Origin: a virus
Taxonomy: Duplodnaviria > Heunggongvirae > Uroviricota > Caudoviricetes
Direction: 5' to 3' (one strand)
Virus record (IMG/VR): IMGVR_UViG_3300023371_000089
Location: 64,001-111,658 of that record
DNA length: 47,658 bases
The notes beneath the pieces were generated by a model. It was given only the letters and a program-made list of their open reading frames with translations, ran no database searches and was not told the origin of the DNA. Each line of letters begins with the position of its first letter. The stretch's first letter is position 1. Shown here piece by piece: positions 32,171-39,931 of the stretch. The translations under genes and the position numbers were made by a program.

Positions 32171-33358
32171 CTATTTTTTACCATATTCTTTTGCAAATTT
32201 CATCTTTTCTCTATTAGCCAATGAATTAAACTCAATGAAAAAACTTGAAAATTTATTTGAATCGAGTAATTCAAGAATATCATCTTCACGAACATAATTT
32301 GCTACATTTCCAAATGAGCGTCCTTCAGGGTCAATCGTAGCATACCTCATTGCATTTATTTCCTCCAAAGCACTTTCAGTAAGAAGAGGCTTGCGAAGAT
32401 TTATCAGTTTTTCATTAATCTCATAAAAATCGCCTTCATAATTTCTTCTTGAAATGCCGTTAACAACATTTTCCAAAAATTTCAAAGGCTTTTTCTTATT
32501 TTTAACACGTTCTTCATTCAACTCCTTTGCCCTTTCTTTAACCTCATTAACCGTAACAGGTCTATCTTTCATTTCAGGCATAATCTCAAATAATTTATTT
32601 TCCGATAGACCATCAATGTTACCAATATTATCAGAAGTGTCGCCACAAAAAATCTTTTTGATAAGCACATTTTCACTTGGGTAGCCGTTTATTGTCCTGA
32701 AATTATCATATGTGACAAACGAATTGGTTCGGGGATTAAAAATACACACATCAGGTGCAATCAATTGTGTCAAGTCCATATCTCCGGATACAATCACAAT
32801 TTTTTCATTAGGTTTCTTATTCAGAACATAGTATGCCATAATATCATCACCTTCAGTGTCCCTATCACATATACACCTTATGAAGAGTTCTTCAAAATAT
32901 CTCATCAACATCTGACGTTGACGGGCAAAATCCTCTTTCTTCTTTATCTCTTCAGGACTTTTATCCTTCTTTGGCTTCTTCTTTGAAAAGATAGCGGACC
33001 TCATCTTACGGAGGCTCTCATTATATGCTTTAGCATAATCCGATTCACCCTCCATATATGCATCATAGTTCTTGTCTCTATTAGCCTTATATTCATTATA
33101 TAACCTATAACGCATTATACCGCTATTATCATCATCGAAGACAACATATACATAATCAAAATCTTTTTTCTTAAGGAGGTTCTTCATCTTCACCAAAAAC
33201 GTGAAAAATGCACCATATTCCTCGCCACGAGTGTTAACTTTATTCGCAACCTCACATATCTTAAGAACATTAGTCCCATCCACCAATAAAGTATAAATCG
33301 GTTTCTCAGCCAATTCAGGGTGAGAAACAATAATATTCTGTCTTACAGGTTGTGCCAT
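32171..33358 (-). CDS. 5'-3' exonuclease / flap endonuclease (T4 RNase H-like) (395 aa)
   Basis: LLVDGTN, VVFD, YKANR, EGDDIMA, VSGDMDLTQL and GDTSDNI motifs. Start reassigned to ATG 33358 (MAQPV). Confidence 0.92.
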   Translation of the reverse strand: MAQPVRQNIIVSHPELAEKPIYTLLVDGTNVLKICEVANKVNTRGEEYGAFFTFLVKMKNLLKKKDFDYVYVVFDDDNSGIMRYRLYNEYKANRDKNYDAYMEGESDYAKAYNESLRKMRSAIFSKKKPKKDKSPEEIKKKEDFARQRQMLMRYFEELFIRCICDRDTEGDDIMAYYVLNKKPNEKIVIVSGDMDLTQLIAPDVCIFNPRTNSFVTYDNFRTINGYPSENVLIKKIFCGDTSDNIGNIDGLSENKLFEIMPEMKDRPVTVNEVKERAKELNEERVKNKKKPLKFLENVVNGISRRNYEGDFYEINEKLINLRKPLLTESALEEINAMRYATIDPEGRSFGNVANYVREDDILELLDSNKFSSFFIEFNSLANREKMKFAKEYGKK

Positions 33359-33362
33359 TATT

Positions 33363-33479
33363 TTACTCCCCCTCATTATCTAAACCAGAAAAAAATTCCT
33401 CAAAATCCTCTCCATCCCAAAAAAAGAAATCGTCATCAATTTCATCATCAAACCATGTTTCATCAAAATCCCTTTCCAT
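33363..33479 (-). CDS. Unannotated 38-aa acidic/aromatic peptide MERDFDETWFDDEIDDDFFFWDGEDFEEFFSGLDNEGE
   Basis: Hand-translated from ATG 33479 to TAA 33363. 18 of 38 residues are D/E and 10 are F/W. The leader is GGTAGAGGAAAACTATA-ATG and the stop lies 4 nt before the exonuclease ATG. Confidence 0.7.
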   Translation of the reverse strand: MERDFDETWFDDEIDDDFFFWDGEDFEEFFSGLDNEGE

Positions 33480-33505
33480 TATAGTTTTCCTCTACCATTT
33501 TTATC

Positions 33506-33692
33506 AACCTATCATATAATAACTAAAAACTCCTATTTTTCTATATTATATGATAGGTTATAACTTATCACATGTGTTATTTTATAACAGTTTTTTATAT
33601 ATAACTTATCGTATATAATGATTAATATAACTGTAAATATATTACCATTTAAATACAAAAATAAGGGATAAATGGTAATATATTACCATTTA
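33506..33692. repeat. Cluster of inverted and direct repeats in the AT-rich ligase-exonuclease intergenic region
   Basis: 16-bp IR 33506-33521/33544-33559; 24-bp perfect palindrome 33669-33692; 16-bp direct repeat AATATATTACCATTTA at 33636 and 33677; TATAACTTATC at 33559 and 33600. Confidence 0.9.
33656..33663 (-). promoter_or_regulatory. Probable -7 element (TATTTTTG) for the acidic peptide/exonuclease unit; no consensus -33
   Basis: TAnnTTTG match flanked by repeated 16-bp boxes; the -33 position is occupied by a palindrome. Confidence 0.5.
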
Positions 33693-35642
33693 TTACTTCA
33701 AATATTTTTCAGTAAAACCATCAATATCCATAATTTCAATACCCATCTTCTCAGCCTTTTTCATCTTGCTTGAATTTGAAGATAAGTCTTTAACAATCAA
33801 ACAGGTCGTGGCCTTTGTAACGCCATCACCAATAATACCACCAAGTTCCTCAATCTTCGAAAACATTTCTTGGTTTCTAAAACCTGTCACACAAACAACC
33901 ATCCCATTAAGAGGGCCTTCAGATACCGGGGTTGTGACATATGAAAATTTAAAATCCTCTACGAGTTCATTCCAAAATATAAGTTTCTCATATCCATCAA
34001 TGAATTTCTGAGCAGTAATTTCCTTAACACCCTCAATAGTAAGAAGATAATCCATTGCACAACCATCCATTCCACGAGCATCAATTATCTTCTGAAGAGT
34101 CTTTTCACCAAGGTCGGAAAACCATCCTGTGGCATGAAGAAACCTTGCAAACGGAAGTTCAGTCTTAATCCTATTCAGTTCAGATAAGAACTTATTGACG
34201 CTAACATCAGCCCATCCATCAAGGCCAATAAGGTCATCATATTGAAGGCCAAAGACCTCAAAATAGTTTTCTACTAAACCACATTCAAATAATTGGGTAA
34301 ATGTCTTTTCACCAAAACCATCAATGCCCGCAATTTCAAAAAATTTCACTAAAGAAGACAGTCTTCTTCCTTTACAGTAATCATTCACGCAAGCCATTTC
34401 ACACCAATCACCATCAGGCCCATAAACAGGTTGTAACTCATGTCCGCATATAGGACATTCATCCAATGAATTAACCTCATAATTATCAACCATCAGCATA
34501 GTAACACAAGACTTTCTCTCCTGAAGAGCAACCGCATATGCGTCTTCATACTCCTTGACCGTCTTATATTCTTCTCTGAAAGGAATCATCTTACCACCAA
34601 CCCCAATTACCTTAGGAATTACTTCTCCTGAACGAATAACAGTCACCATTTCCCCAGGATAAAGCATCCAATCATGGATATATCGCATATTAATCCCACT
34701 TACCCGCTGTATATCTGCACCCGCAAGATTAATAGACTCCTTAAGAATAAGAACCGGAGTTACAACACCCTCCCTATTAACACTACGTTCAATTCGGTCA
34801 ATTACCCCATAACCAACCTCAGAAAAACTTGGATGCTTATAAGCGACTGAATAACTTGGATTACCATTAGCCTCGACACTATGTCGATGCACATCCTCAT
34901 TAACATCTATCACAAGGCCGTCAATTGGATATAGTTGTTTCCACTGTATAAACATATTCAACAACTTTTCCTCAGTAAGATGATGTGGATTTGTTACCTT
35001 CTCATAGTTCTGATTCATCAATGCCATCAACTGCTCCTCCTTACTCGTCGTGGAACCTTGAATCTCATATGGCATCACTCTTAAAAGGGCGTACTCATTC
35101 TTCCTACCATTATCAAAATCTCCGTTAATCAAACCCGTTGCGGAATTCCTTTGGGACTTGGCACCCTCATTAATCTCCTTAAACTTTTTCCAATCGGCAT
35201 TGTCAATTATAATCTCCCCACGGACAACCATTTTTTCCGAAATGCTTGGTTTAAGATAAATTGCCGATACATGTTCAGTACAATCCTGCCCTGTTGTTCC
35301 ATCTCCCCTCGTCCACGATTTATCAGTACTCATTCCAACAGAAAGGCCATCATATTTAGGGGTAATGATAAACGTCGCATAAGGAAATTTCTTCATCCAA
35401 GCAATAAGGTCATCATAATTCTTAATCTTATCTAAAGACATCATTGGATAAGGTAATTTCATCTCCCTACTTTTAGGTTTTTCATCATTCACACCTTTCT
35501 TGAACCATTCATCATCAGGATTCATATCTCTAAGTTCCTGTTCAAGAGCATCATATTCAACATCGCTCATAATTGGAGTCCCTTCTCTATAAGCATCATT
35601 TGCTACCTTCAGTTCCTCCCTAATATTATTAATATTTCTCAT
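33693..35642 (-). CDS. ligA: NAD-dependent DNA ligase (649 aa)
   Basis: Domain Ia AYREGTPIMSDVEYD, adenylation motif KYDGLS, VRGE, PIDGLV, RSGEVIP, Zn finger CPIC...C...C, HhH repeats and BRCT. Confidence 0.95.
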   Translation of the reverse strand: MRNINNIREELKVANDAYREGTPIMSDVEYDALEQELRDMNPDDEWFKKGVNDEKPKSREMKLPYPMMSLDKIKNYDDLIAWMKKFPYATFIITPKYDGLSVGMSTDKSWTRGDGTTGQDCTEHVSAIYLKPSISEKMVVRGEIIIDNADWKKFKEINEGAKSQRNSATGLINGDFDNGRKNEYALLRVMPYEIQGSTTSKEEQLMALMNQNYEKVTNPHHLTEEKLLNMFIQWKQLYPIDGLVIDVNEDVHRHSVEANGNPSYSVAYKHPSFSEVGYGVIDRIERSVNREGVVTPVLILKESINLAGADIQRVSGINMRYIHDWMLYPGEMVTVIRSGEVIPKVIGVGGKMIPFREEYKTVKEYEDAYAVALQERKSCVTMLMVDNYEVNSLDECPICGHELQPVYGPDGDWCEMACVNDYCKGRRLSSLVKFFEIAGIDGFGEKTFTQLFECGLVENYFEVFGLQYDDLIGLDGWADVSVNKFLSELNRIKTELPFARFLHATGWFSDLGEKTLQKIIDARGMDGCAMDYLLTIEGVKEITAQKFIDGYEKLIFWNELVEDFKFSYVTTPVSEGPLNGMVVCVTGFRNQEMFSKIEELGGIIGDGVTKATTCLIVKDLSSNSSKMKKAEKMGIEIMDIDGFTEKYLK

Positions 35643-35661
35643 AATTAAAAATTTTCTTTTG

Positions 35662-35693
35662 CAAATATAGGTTTTATTTTTAATAAAAACAAA
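35662..35693 (-). promoter_or_regulatory. Bacteroidota primary-sigma promoter for the ligase
   Basis: TTTG (35693-35690), 20-nt spacer, TATATTTG (35669-35662). Confidence 0.85.
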
Positions 35694-35718
35694 AGAAGGG
35701 ACAAATATCCCTTCTTTT
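35685..35718 (-). terminator. Intrinsic terminator after the recombinase
   Basis: AAAAGAAGGGA-TATTTG-TCCCTTCTTTT-GTTTTT on the minus strand. Confidence 0.85.
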
Positions 35719-35722
35719 TAAG

Positions 35723-36853
35723 TTATTCAAAAGACTCTTCTTCAGTAAATTCAATTTCATCTACTGTTGCATTTTTAAGTTTACCACTCGTATCACCCGA
35801 TTTTAATTGAGCCAAAATATCAGGGAGAACCTTTTTCTTATATTCTTCAATTTCACTTTCAGCAATAATACCATGACTTGTACAAATTATTTCTCCCTCA
35901 TATGTCACGTTATACGGAGTCGGCAAATGGTTCTTCTTTATTGAAATTGGCGCTTCGGTTCCGAACACATACTTTTCACCTTTCAAAGTTGCCTGTAGTT
36001 TCTTAACACCTGACATAACAATTTTTCCACAGAAAATGAGCAAACGAAGAGCATACTCAAAACTTACGCCACCCTTGAGCTTAACCGAAGGTTTACCCAT
36101 TGTCGCCATTGATGAGTCCCAAATCTTATTCACAATAAAGAATGAATTAGTATATGGATAATTCTGACTTCTTGATGATGGAATTCTCGTATTTACAATT
36201 GTATTGAACGCAACTGATATTGAGTTAGCATCAAACATATTATTACCTGCTTTAGAAGTATATGATTTCCAACTACCAACACTACCTACTGAATCCCATA
36301 TAAAAAGAAGTTCAACAGGAAGTTCACCTGACTCCTGTTTATCAAGCAAGTCATTAATAATATATGCAATATCCTCAACTACTGCAACTTTTCTTTTAGT
36401 TGATTTTCTCGTCATAGTTGAATAATCCATATCCCCACAATATTCACAGATGGCCTCATTGTTAAAAAGGATGAAATTACCGTCATAATCAATAATTTTC
36501 TCTTCACCTGTTTCCTCATCAACACCCATAATAGGAGTTGCTTCCATACCACAATTTATTGCATATTGAAAATCAAAATTACTTTCAGTCTCAAACAATA
36601 CAGGGAGGACACCTTGACGTTGCGCAGACGCAATCAAGCAATTTTTCAATGTTGACTTACCTGTAGAATTCCAACCACAGCATCCAGAAAAATAACCTTT
36701 AGGTATTCCCGGAAGGGATAGTGCATCAACATATCCTTTAGGCATTATAAACCACTCCATTGGTTTATCCGCTGTAGTAGGTAATTTTAGATTCTTTTTA
36801 AAATCTTTAATATCAAATGCTTTAACATTTTTTTTCTTTAACGGCTGTGCCAT
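35723..36853 (-). CDS. RecA/UvsX-like recombinase (376 aa)
   Basis: Walker A GWNSTGKST, LFETES, FIWDSVG, IVNKIW, and LKGG motif. Confidence 0.88.
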   Translation of the reverse strand: MAQPLKKKNVKAFDIKDFKKNLKLPTTADKPMEWFIMPKGYVDALSLPGIPKGYFSGCCGWNSTGKSTLKNCLIASAQRQGVLPVLFETESNFDFQYAINCGMEATPIMGVDEETGEEKIIDYDGNFILFNNEAICEYCGDMDYSTMTRKSTKRKVAVVEDIAYIINDLLDKQESGELPVELLFIWDSVGSVGSWKSYTSKAGNNMFDANSISVAFNTIVNTRIPSSRSQNYPYTNSFFIVNKIWDSSMATMGKPSVKLKGGVSFEYALRLLIFCGKIVMSGVKKLQATLKGEKYVFGTEAPISIKKNHLPTPYNVTYEGEIICTSHGIIAESEIEEYKKKVLPDILAQLKSGDTSGKLKNATVDEIEFTEEESFE

Positions 36854-36884
36854 ATTATATAAATTTTATTTTATTATTCTTTCG

Positions 36885-36892
36885 CAAATATA
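36885..36892 (-). promoter_or_regulatory. -7 element (TATATTTG) upstream of the recombinase
   Basis: Exact TAnnTTTG 31 nt before the ATG; -33 only TTAG. Confidence 0.6.
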
Positions 36893-36899
36893 ACGAAAA

Positions 36900-37523
36900 T
36901 TATTGATTTTTCCTAATATACAACGGATTTTCTACCTTCTCATAGTAACATTTCCGACACATTGAAACATAACGGTCATCACCACCAACTTCAATCTGTT
37001 CACCATCAACAACAACATTTCCGTCCTTGTCAACACGAGCATTGAAAATTGTCTTCCCATCACATTCGCAACTTGATTTAATTTCAATCAACGAATCCGC
37101 CACTTCAAAAAGGCGTTTACTCCCTTCAAAAAGATTTGTCTGAAAATCGGTACGAAGCCCGTAACACATGACACTAATATCGAACTTATCAACAACTGCA
37201 GCCAATTGGTCAACCTGTTCCTTTGAAAGGAATTGTGATTCATCAACAAGAATCCATTTAAGTTGTGGCTTGTACATGGCATTATTAATGTTAACCATTG
37301 TCGATATCAGTTTATAGATATTTGTTGTTTTCTTGATAGTAACACACTCCCTATCACCTAACGCACGTGAATGTATAACATCTGTACCATCACGGTCATC
37401 AATCTCACTTTTCAATATTATAAACGGAATTTTCTTTTCTTGGAAATTATGAGCCTGTGCCAACAATTGCAGACTCTTTCCTGAATTCATAGTTCCATAC
37501 GAAAAATAGAGTTTCTTACTCAT
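36900..37523 (-). CDS. tdk: Thymidine kinase (207 aa)
   Basis: YGTMNSGKS, VDESQF, YGLRTDF, CEC and YVSMCRKCY motifs. Confidence 0.96.
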   Translation of the reverse strand: MSKKLYFSYGTMNSGKSLQLLAQAHNFQEKKIPFIILKSEIDDRDGTDVIHSRALGDRECVTIKKTTNIYKLISTMVNINNAMYKPQLKWILVDESQFLSKEQVDQLAAVVDKFDISVMCYGLRTDFQTNLFEGSKRLFEVADSLIEIKSSCECDGKTIFNARVDKDGNVVVDGEQIEVGGDDRYVSMCRKCYYEKVENPLYIRKNQ

Positions 37524-37544
37524 TTAATAATCAATAAATTATAT

Positions 37545-37584
37545 AACAAAAGGAGCCCATAGGATACAATTATCCCATAGGCTC
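37545..37584 (-). terminator. Intrinsic terminator after the SSB
   Basis: GAGCCTATGGGATA-ATTG-TATCCTATGGGCTC-CTTTTGTT. It pairs fully only as minus-strand RNA, via two G-U wobbles. Confidence 0.85.
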
Positions 37585-37597
37585 ATTTGTCTTATTT

Positions 37598-38599
37598 TTA
37601 GAATGGAAGGTCTTCCTCGTCCTTATCATCCATGAACATGGTATTCACCTCAGCCTCAGCCTTGGCCATCTGTTCTTCAACCTCAGATTCAACCTTTGCA
37701 TTAGCAGCGTCACGCTGTGCATCTGCAGTTGTCTTCGGAATCCACTTTCCTGATTCTCTATCAAACCAAGGAATCTCACCTGTACTGATAATTGAAAGAT
37801 ATTCATAAGGTTTAACAACAAAAACGTCACTCCACTTCTTTGTGTCGTTAATCCACTCACTCATGAGAGCCTCATCCTTAGAAATTGGTGTCTGAGAGAG
37901 AGCCTGTGTAACTGTTGTTGTTGTCTTATTATCCTTATCATTATCTGAACCCGAAATTGTAATAATAATGTCACGTCCCTTGAATGAATCATAAAGATTT
38001 TCCTCTACACCCTCTTCAAGTCCCTCCTTATAAAGGCGCTCCGCAAGCTTCTTAATGAGAGAATATGCATCATCACCTCTACGTGAGACATTTACTTTCC
38101 AAAACTTAGGTCCCTCAGATTCTTTGCCACGTTCAATTACGCGCATAATGATAGTCTCTCTTGCAATGTTTCCAAGAGATAGTTCTTTAAGTTTCTCCTT
38201 TTTGGTTGGGTCTGTTTCAGACACTGATTCATTATAAGCACTCCTCTGTAACTCACAGAAAGGACACTTCTTACCAAACTTCTCGTGGTCAATATCAGAC
38301 TTTTCAAGGCAGATGTATGACTTGAAACCTGATTCCGAAACCTCCTTTGGAAGCTTGTTTACTGAATGTGTGTGAACCTTGATAAATGGACTGTATCCGG
38401 GCTGTCCCGGATTAGGGAGAAGTCTGACTCTTATTTCCTTTGTCTTCTCACCATTCTTAAGACGTGTGTCAAGATAATTCTTAGGGTCAAATGAATTGAA
38501 CTTTGTTGTACCCTTATTTTCTCTCTTCGACTTCATTTCCTCCTCAATCTGAGCGAGTTCTGCAAAATTTACGCTAGGAATGTTAACCAAATTTCCCAT
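37598..38599 (-). CDS. Single-stranded DNA-binding protein (T4 gp32-like) (333 aa)
   Basis: IRVRLLP, YICL...CPFCE Zn-site pattern and acidic tail DDKDEEDLPF, within the replication block. Confidence 0.85.
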   Translation of the reverse strand: MGNLVNIPSVNFAELAQIEEEMKSKRENKGTTKFNSFDPKNYLDTRLKNGEKTKEIRVRLLPNPGQPGYSPFIKVHTHSVNKLPKEVSESGFKSYICLEKSDIDHEKFGKKCPFCELQRSAYNESVSETDPTKKEKLKELSLGNIARETIIMRVIERGKESEGPKFWKVNVSRRGDDAYSLIKKLAERLYKEGLEEGVEENLYDSFKGRDIIITISGSDNDKDNKTTTTVTQALSQTPISKDEALMSEWINDTKKWSDVFVVKPYEYLSIISTGEIPWFDRESGKWIPKTTADAQRDAANAKVESEVEEQMAKAEAEVNTMFMDDKDEEDLPF

Positions 38600-38644
38600 T
38601 TCAATAAAATATTTTTAAAAAATTATTATAATCGTTTCTAAATG

Positions 38645-38675
38645 TAAAGATAGGTAAAAAAACGTTAAAAACAAA
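38645..38675 (-). promoter_or_regulatory. Bacteroidota-type promoter for the SSB
   Basis: TTTG (38675-38672), 19-nt spacer, TATCTTTA (one mismatch). Confidence 0.7.
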
Positions 38676-38695
38676 ACGTTTTTAATAAAAATTTT

Positions 38696-38724
38696 CGGTC
38701 ATCAGGGATATATCCCTGATGCCG
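38696..38724 (-). terminator. Hairpin terminator after rpsU
   Basis: Perfect palindrome CATCAGGGATATATCCCTGATG (38700-38721) extended by CGG/CCG; T-rich sequence follows further downstream on the minus strand. Confidence 0.7.
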
Positions 38725-38743
38725 TAATACGTTAAATTAACAA

Positions 38744-38938
38744 CTAATTTTCGTGGTCAAGTTTATACTTGTTGGCATAAATTGCCTTCTTCATCTTTGT
38801 TCTGTGTTCGACAGAAGGCTTAACATATTCCTTCCTTTCTCTAAGTTGTTTAATTAATTTTGTCTGTTGTTCCTTTCTTTTGAATTTTTTGAGGGCTTTC
38901 TCTATTGTATCCCCCTCATTAACCTTAACAATAAGCAT
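38744..38938 (-). CDS. rpsU: Phage-encoded 30S ribosomal protein bS21, Bacteroidota type (64 aa)
   Basis: IEKALKKFKRK...LRERKEYVKPS...KAIY matches the bS21 family signature (ALxxFKR...R..y.KPS). Confidence 0.93.
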   Translation of the reverse strand: MLIVKVNEGDTIEKALKKFKRKEQQTKLIKQLRERKEYVKPSVEHRTKMKKAIYANKYKLDHEN

Positions 38939-38947
38939 TAATATAAT

Positions 38948-38952
38948 CTCCT
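38948..38952 (-). promoter_or_regulatory. Shine-Dalgarno sequence AGGAG of phage rpsU
   Basis: Leader reads TAA-AGAAT-AGGAG-ATTATATTA-ATG (9-nt spacer). Confidence 0.7.
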
Positions 38953-38957
38953 ATTCT

Positions 38958-39767
38958 TTAAAAATCAAAAATATTCTTAAGACTGTTTAATTCAGCCATA
39001 TCATCAAAAGATTTAGCGATTTCATTCCAATCCGATATACCATCAACATCGGCTTTTGTTATCTGATATTTAGGATTATCCTCGCCATTATTGTCATCTT
39101 CAACACTATAATTCTCAGGAGCCACATTCTGCCAATAGTTTTCAATTGACTGATTAAATGGGGCTGATTTCTGTTGACGAAGACTCATCTTCTCTTCAGC
39201 ATTTGGGGCGCGACGTTCAATCTCCTGTTTAAGGGATTCAATGCCCTGATTATTTGCTTCAACCTTATCTTGAAATTGAAGTATGAGGTTTTTCAGGTCT
39301 TTCAGTTCGTCAGAAACCCTTCCAACACCTTTAGCAGTCTCTTTCTGATAACCCGTAAGAGCATCTATGTCAATGACCTCGTCGCCATCTTCCATATCTT
39401 CAATATCCTCATCTTCCTCCGGTTCTTCAGTAGAAACATCTTCACCGCCCTGAGGATTCAGACCTTCAACACCCTGTTCGCCTTCAGCACCACCCATTTC
39501 AGGAGTCTCAGCACCTGTCTGTGGAGCAGGAGCATTTCCCATTGGACTTGTTGATGCAGCATCAGCCATATCCATACCGCCCATCGGGTCATTTCCACCC
39601 TCAGCACCGCCCATTGCAGGGTCAGCAGGGGCTGCAGGGGCGGCACCGGCCATAGGGTCCTCAGTAGGGTCCGCCTCAGTGATTCTTGTTGGAGCAATTG
39701 CCTGTGTATACTCCATTATTCGATTAAATCTATCTCTATAATCCGCTTCAGTCAATATCTTAGCCAT
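38958..39767 (-). CDS. Acidic, largely disordered protein with coiled coil; possible prohead scaffold/core protein (269 aa)
   Basis: Pro/Ala/Gly/Met-rich linker, EEPEEDEDIEDMED tract and heptad region. Function is an inference from composition and position. Confidence 0.65.
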   Translation of the reverse strand: MAKILTEADYRDRFNRIMEYTQAIAPTRITEADPTEDPMAGAAPAAPADPAMGGAEGGNDPMGGMDMADAASTSPMGNAPAPQTGAETPEMGGAEGEQGVEGLNPQGGEDVSTEEPEEDEDIEDMEDGDEVIDIDALTGYQKETAKGVGRVSDELKDLKNLILQFQDKVEANNQGIESLKQEIERRAPNAEEKMSLRQQKSAPFNQSIENYWQNVAPENYSVEDDNNGEDNPKYQITKADVDGISDWNEIAKSFDDMAELNSLKNIFDF

Positions 39768-39931
39768 TAGTCATTAAGTATTTGACGATTATCTTCAGTA
39801 AGAACCACTTTTGATGACTCTGTACGTTCAATGAGGCCATGGTTATTCCTAACCCTATTGATTCGGTTAGGGTCAATACCACTAAGAGCATTTACAAGTT
39901 CCTCAGCCTGTTTCAATTTATTCTCGTCCAT
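39767..39931 (-). CDS. Small hypothetical protein (54 aa, MDENK...VVLTEDNRQILND)
   Basis: Start reassigned to ATG 39931, which overlaps the upstream gene by 14 nt. TAATG coupling to the next gene. Confidence 0.7.
   Translation of the reverse strand: MDENKLKQAEELVNALSGIDPNRINRVRNNHGLIERTESSKVVLTEDNRQILND

Noticed and set aside
33500-33692. Mini-CRISPR array
   Set aside because: Repeats are inverted or irregularly spaced, only 11-24 bp, with no unique spacers of constant length and no cas genes.
29860-36853. Inteins, introns or homing endonucleases in the helicase, ligase or recombinase
   Set aside because: Protein lengths are normal and no C...HN splice junctions or LAGLIDADG/HNH/GIY-YIG motifs were seen.
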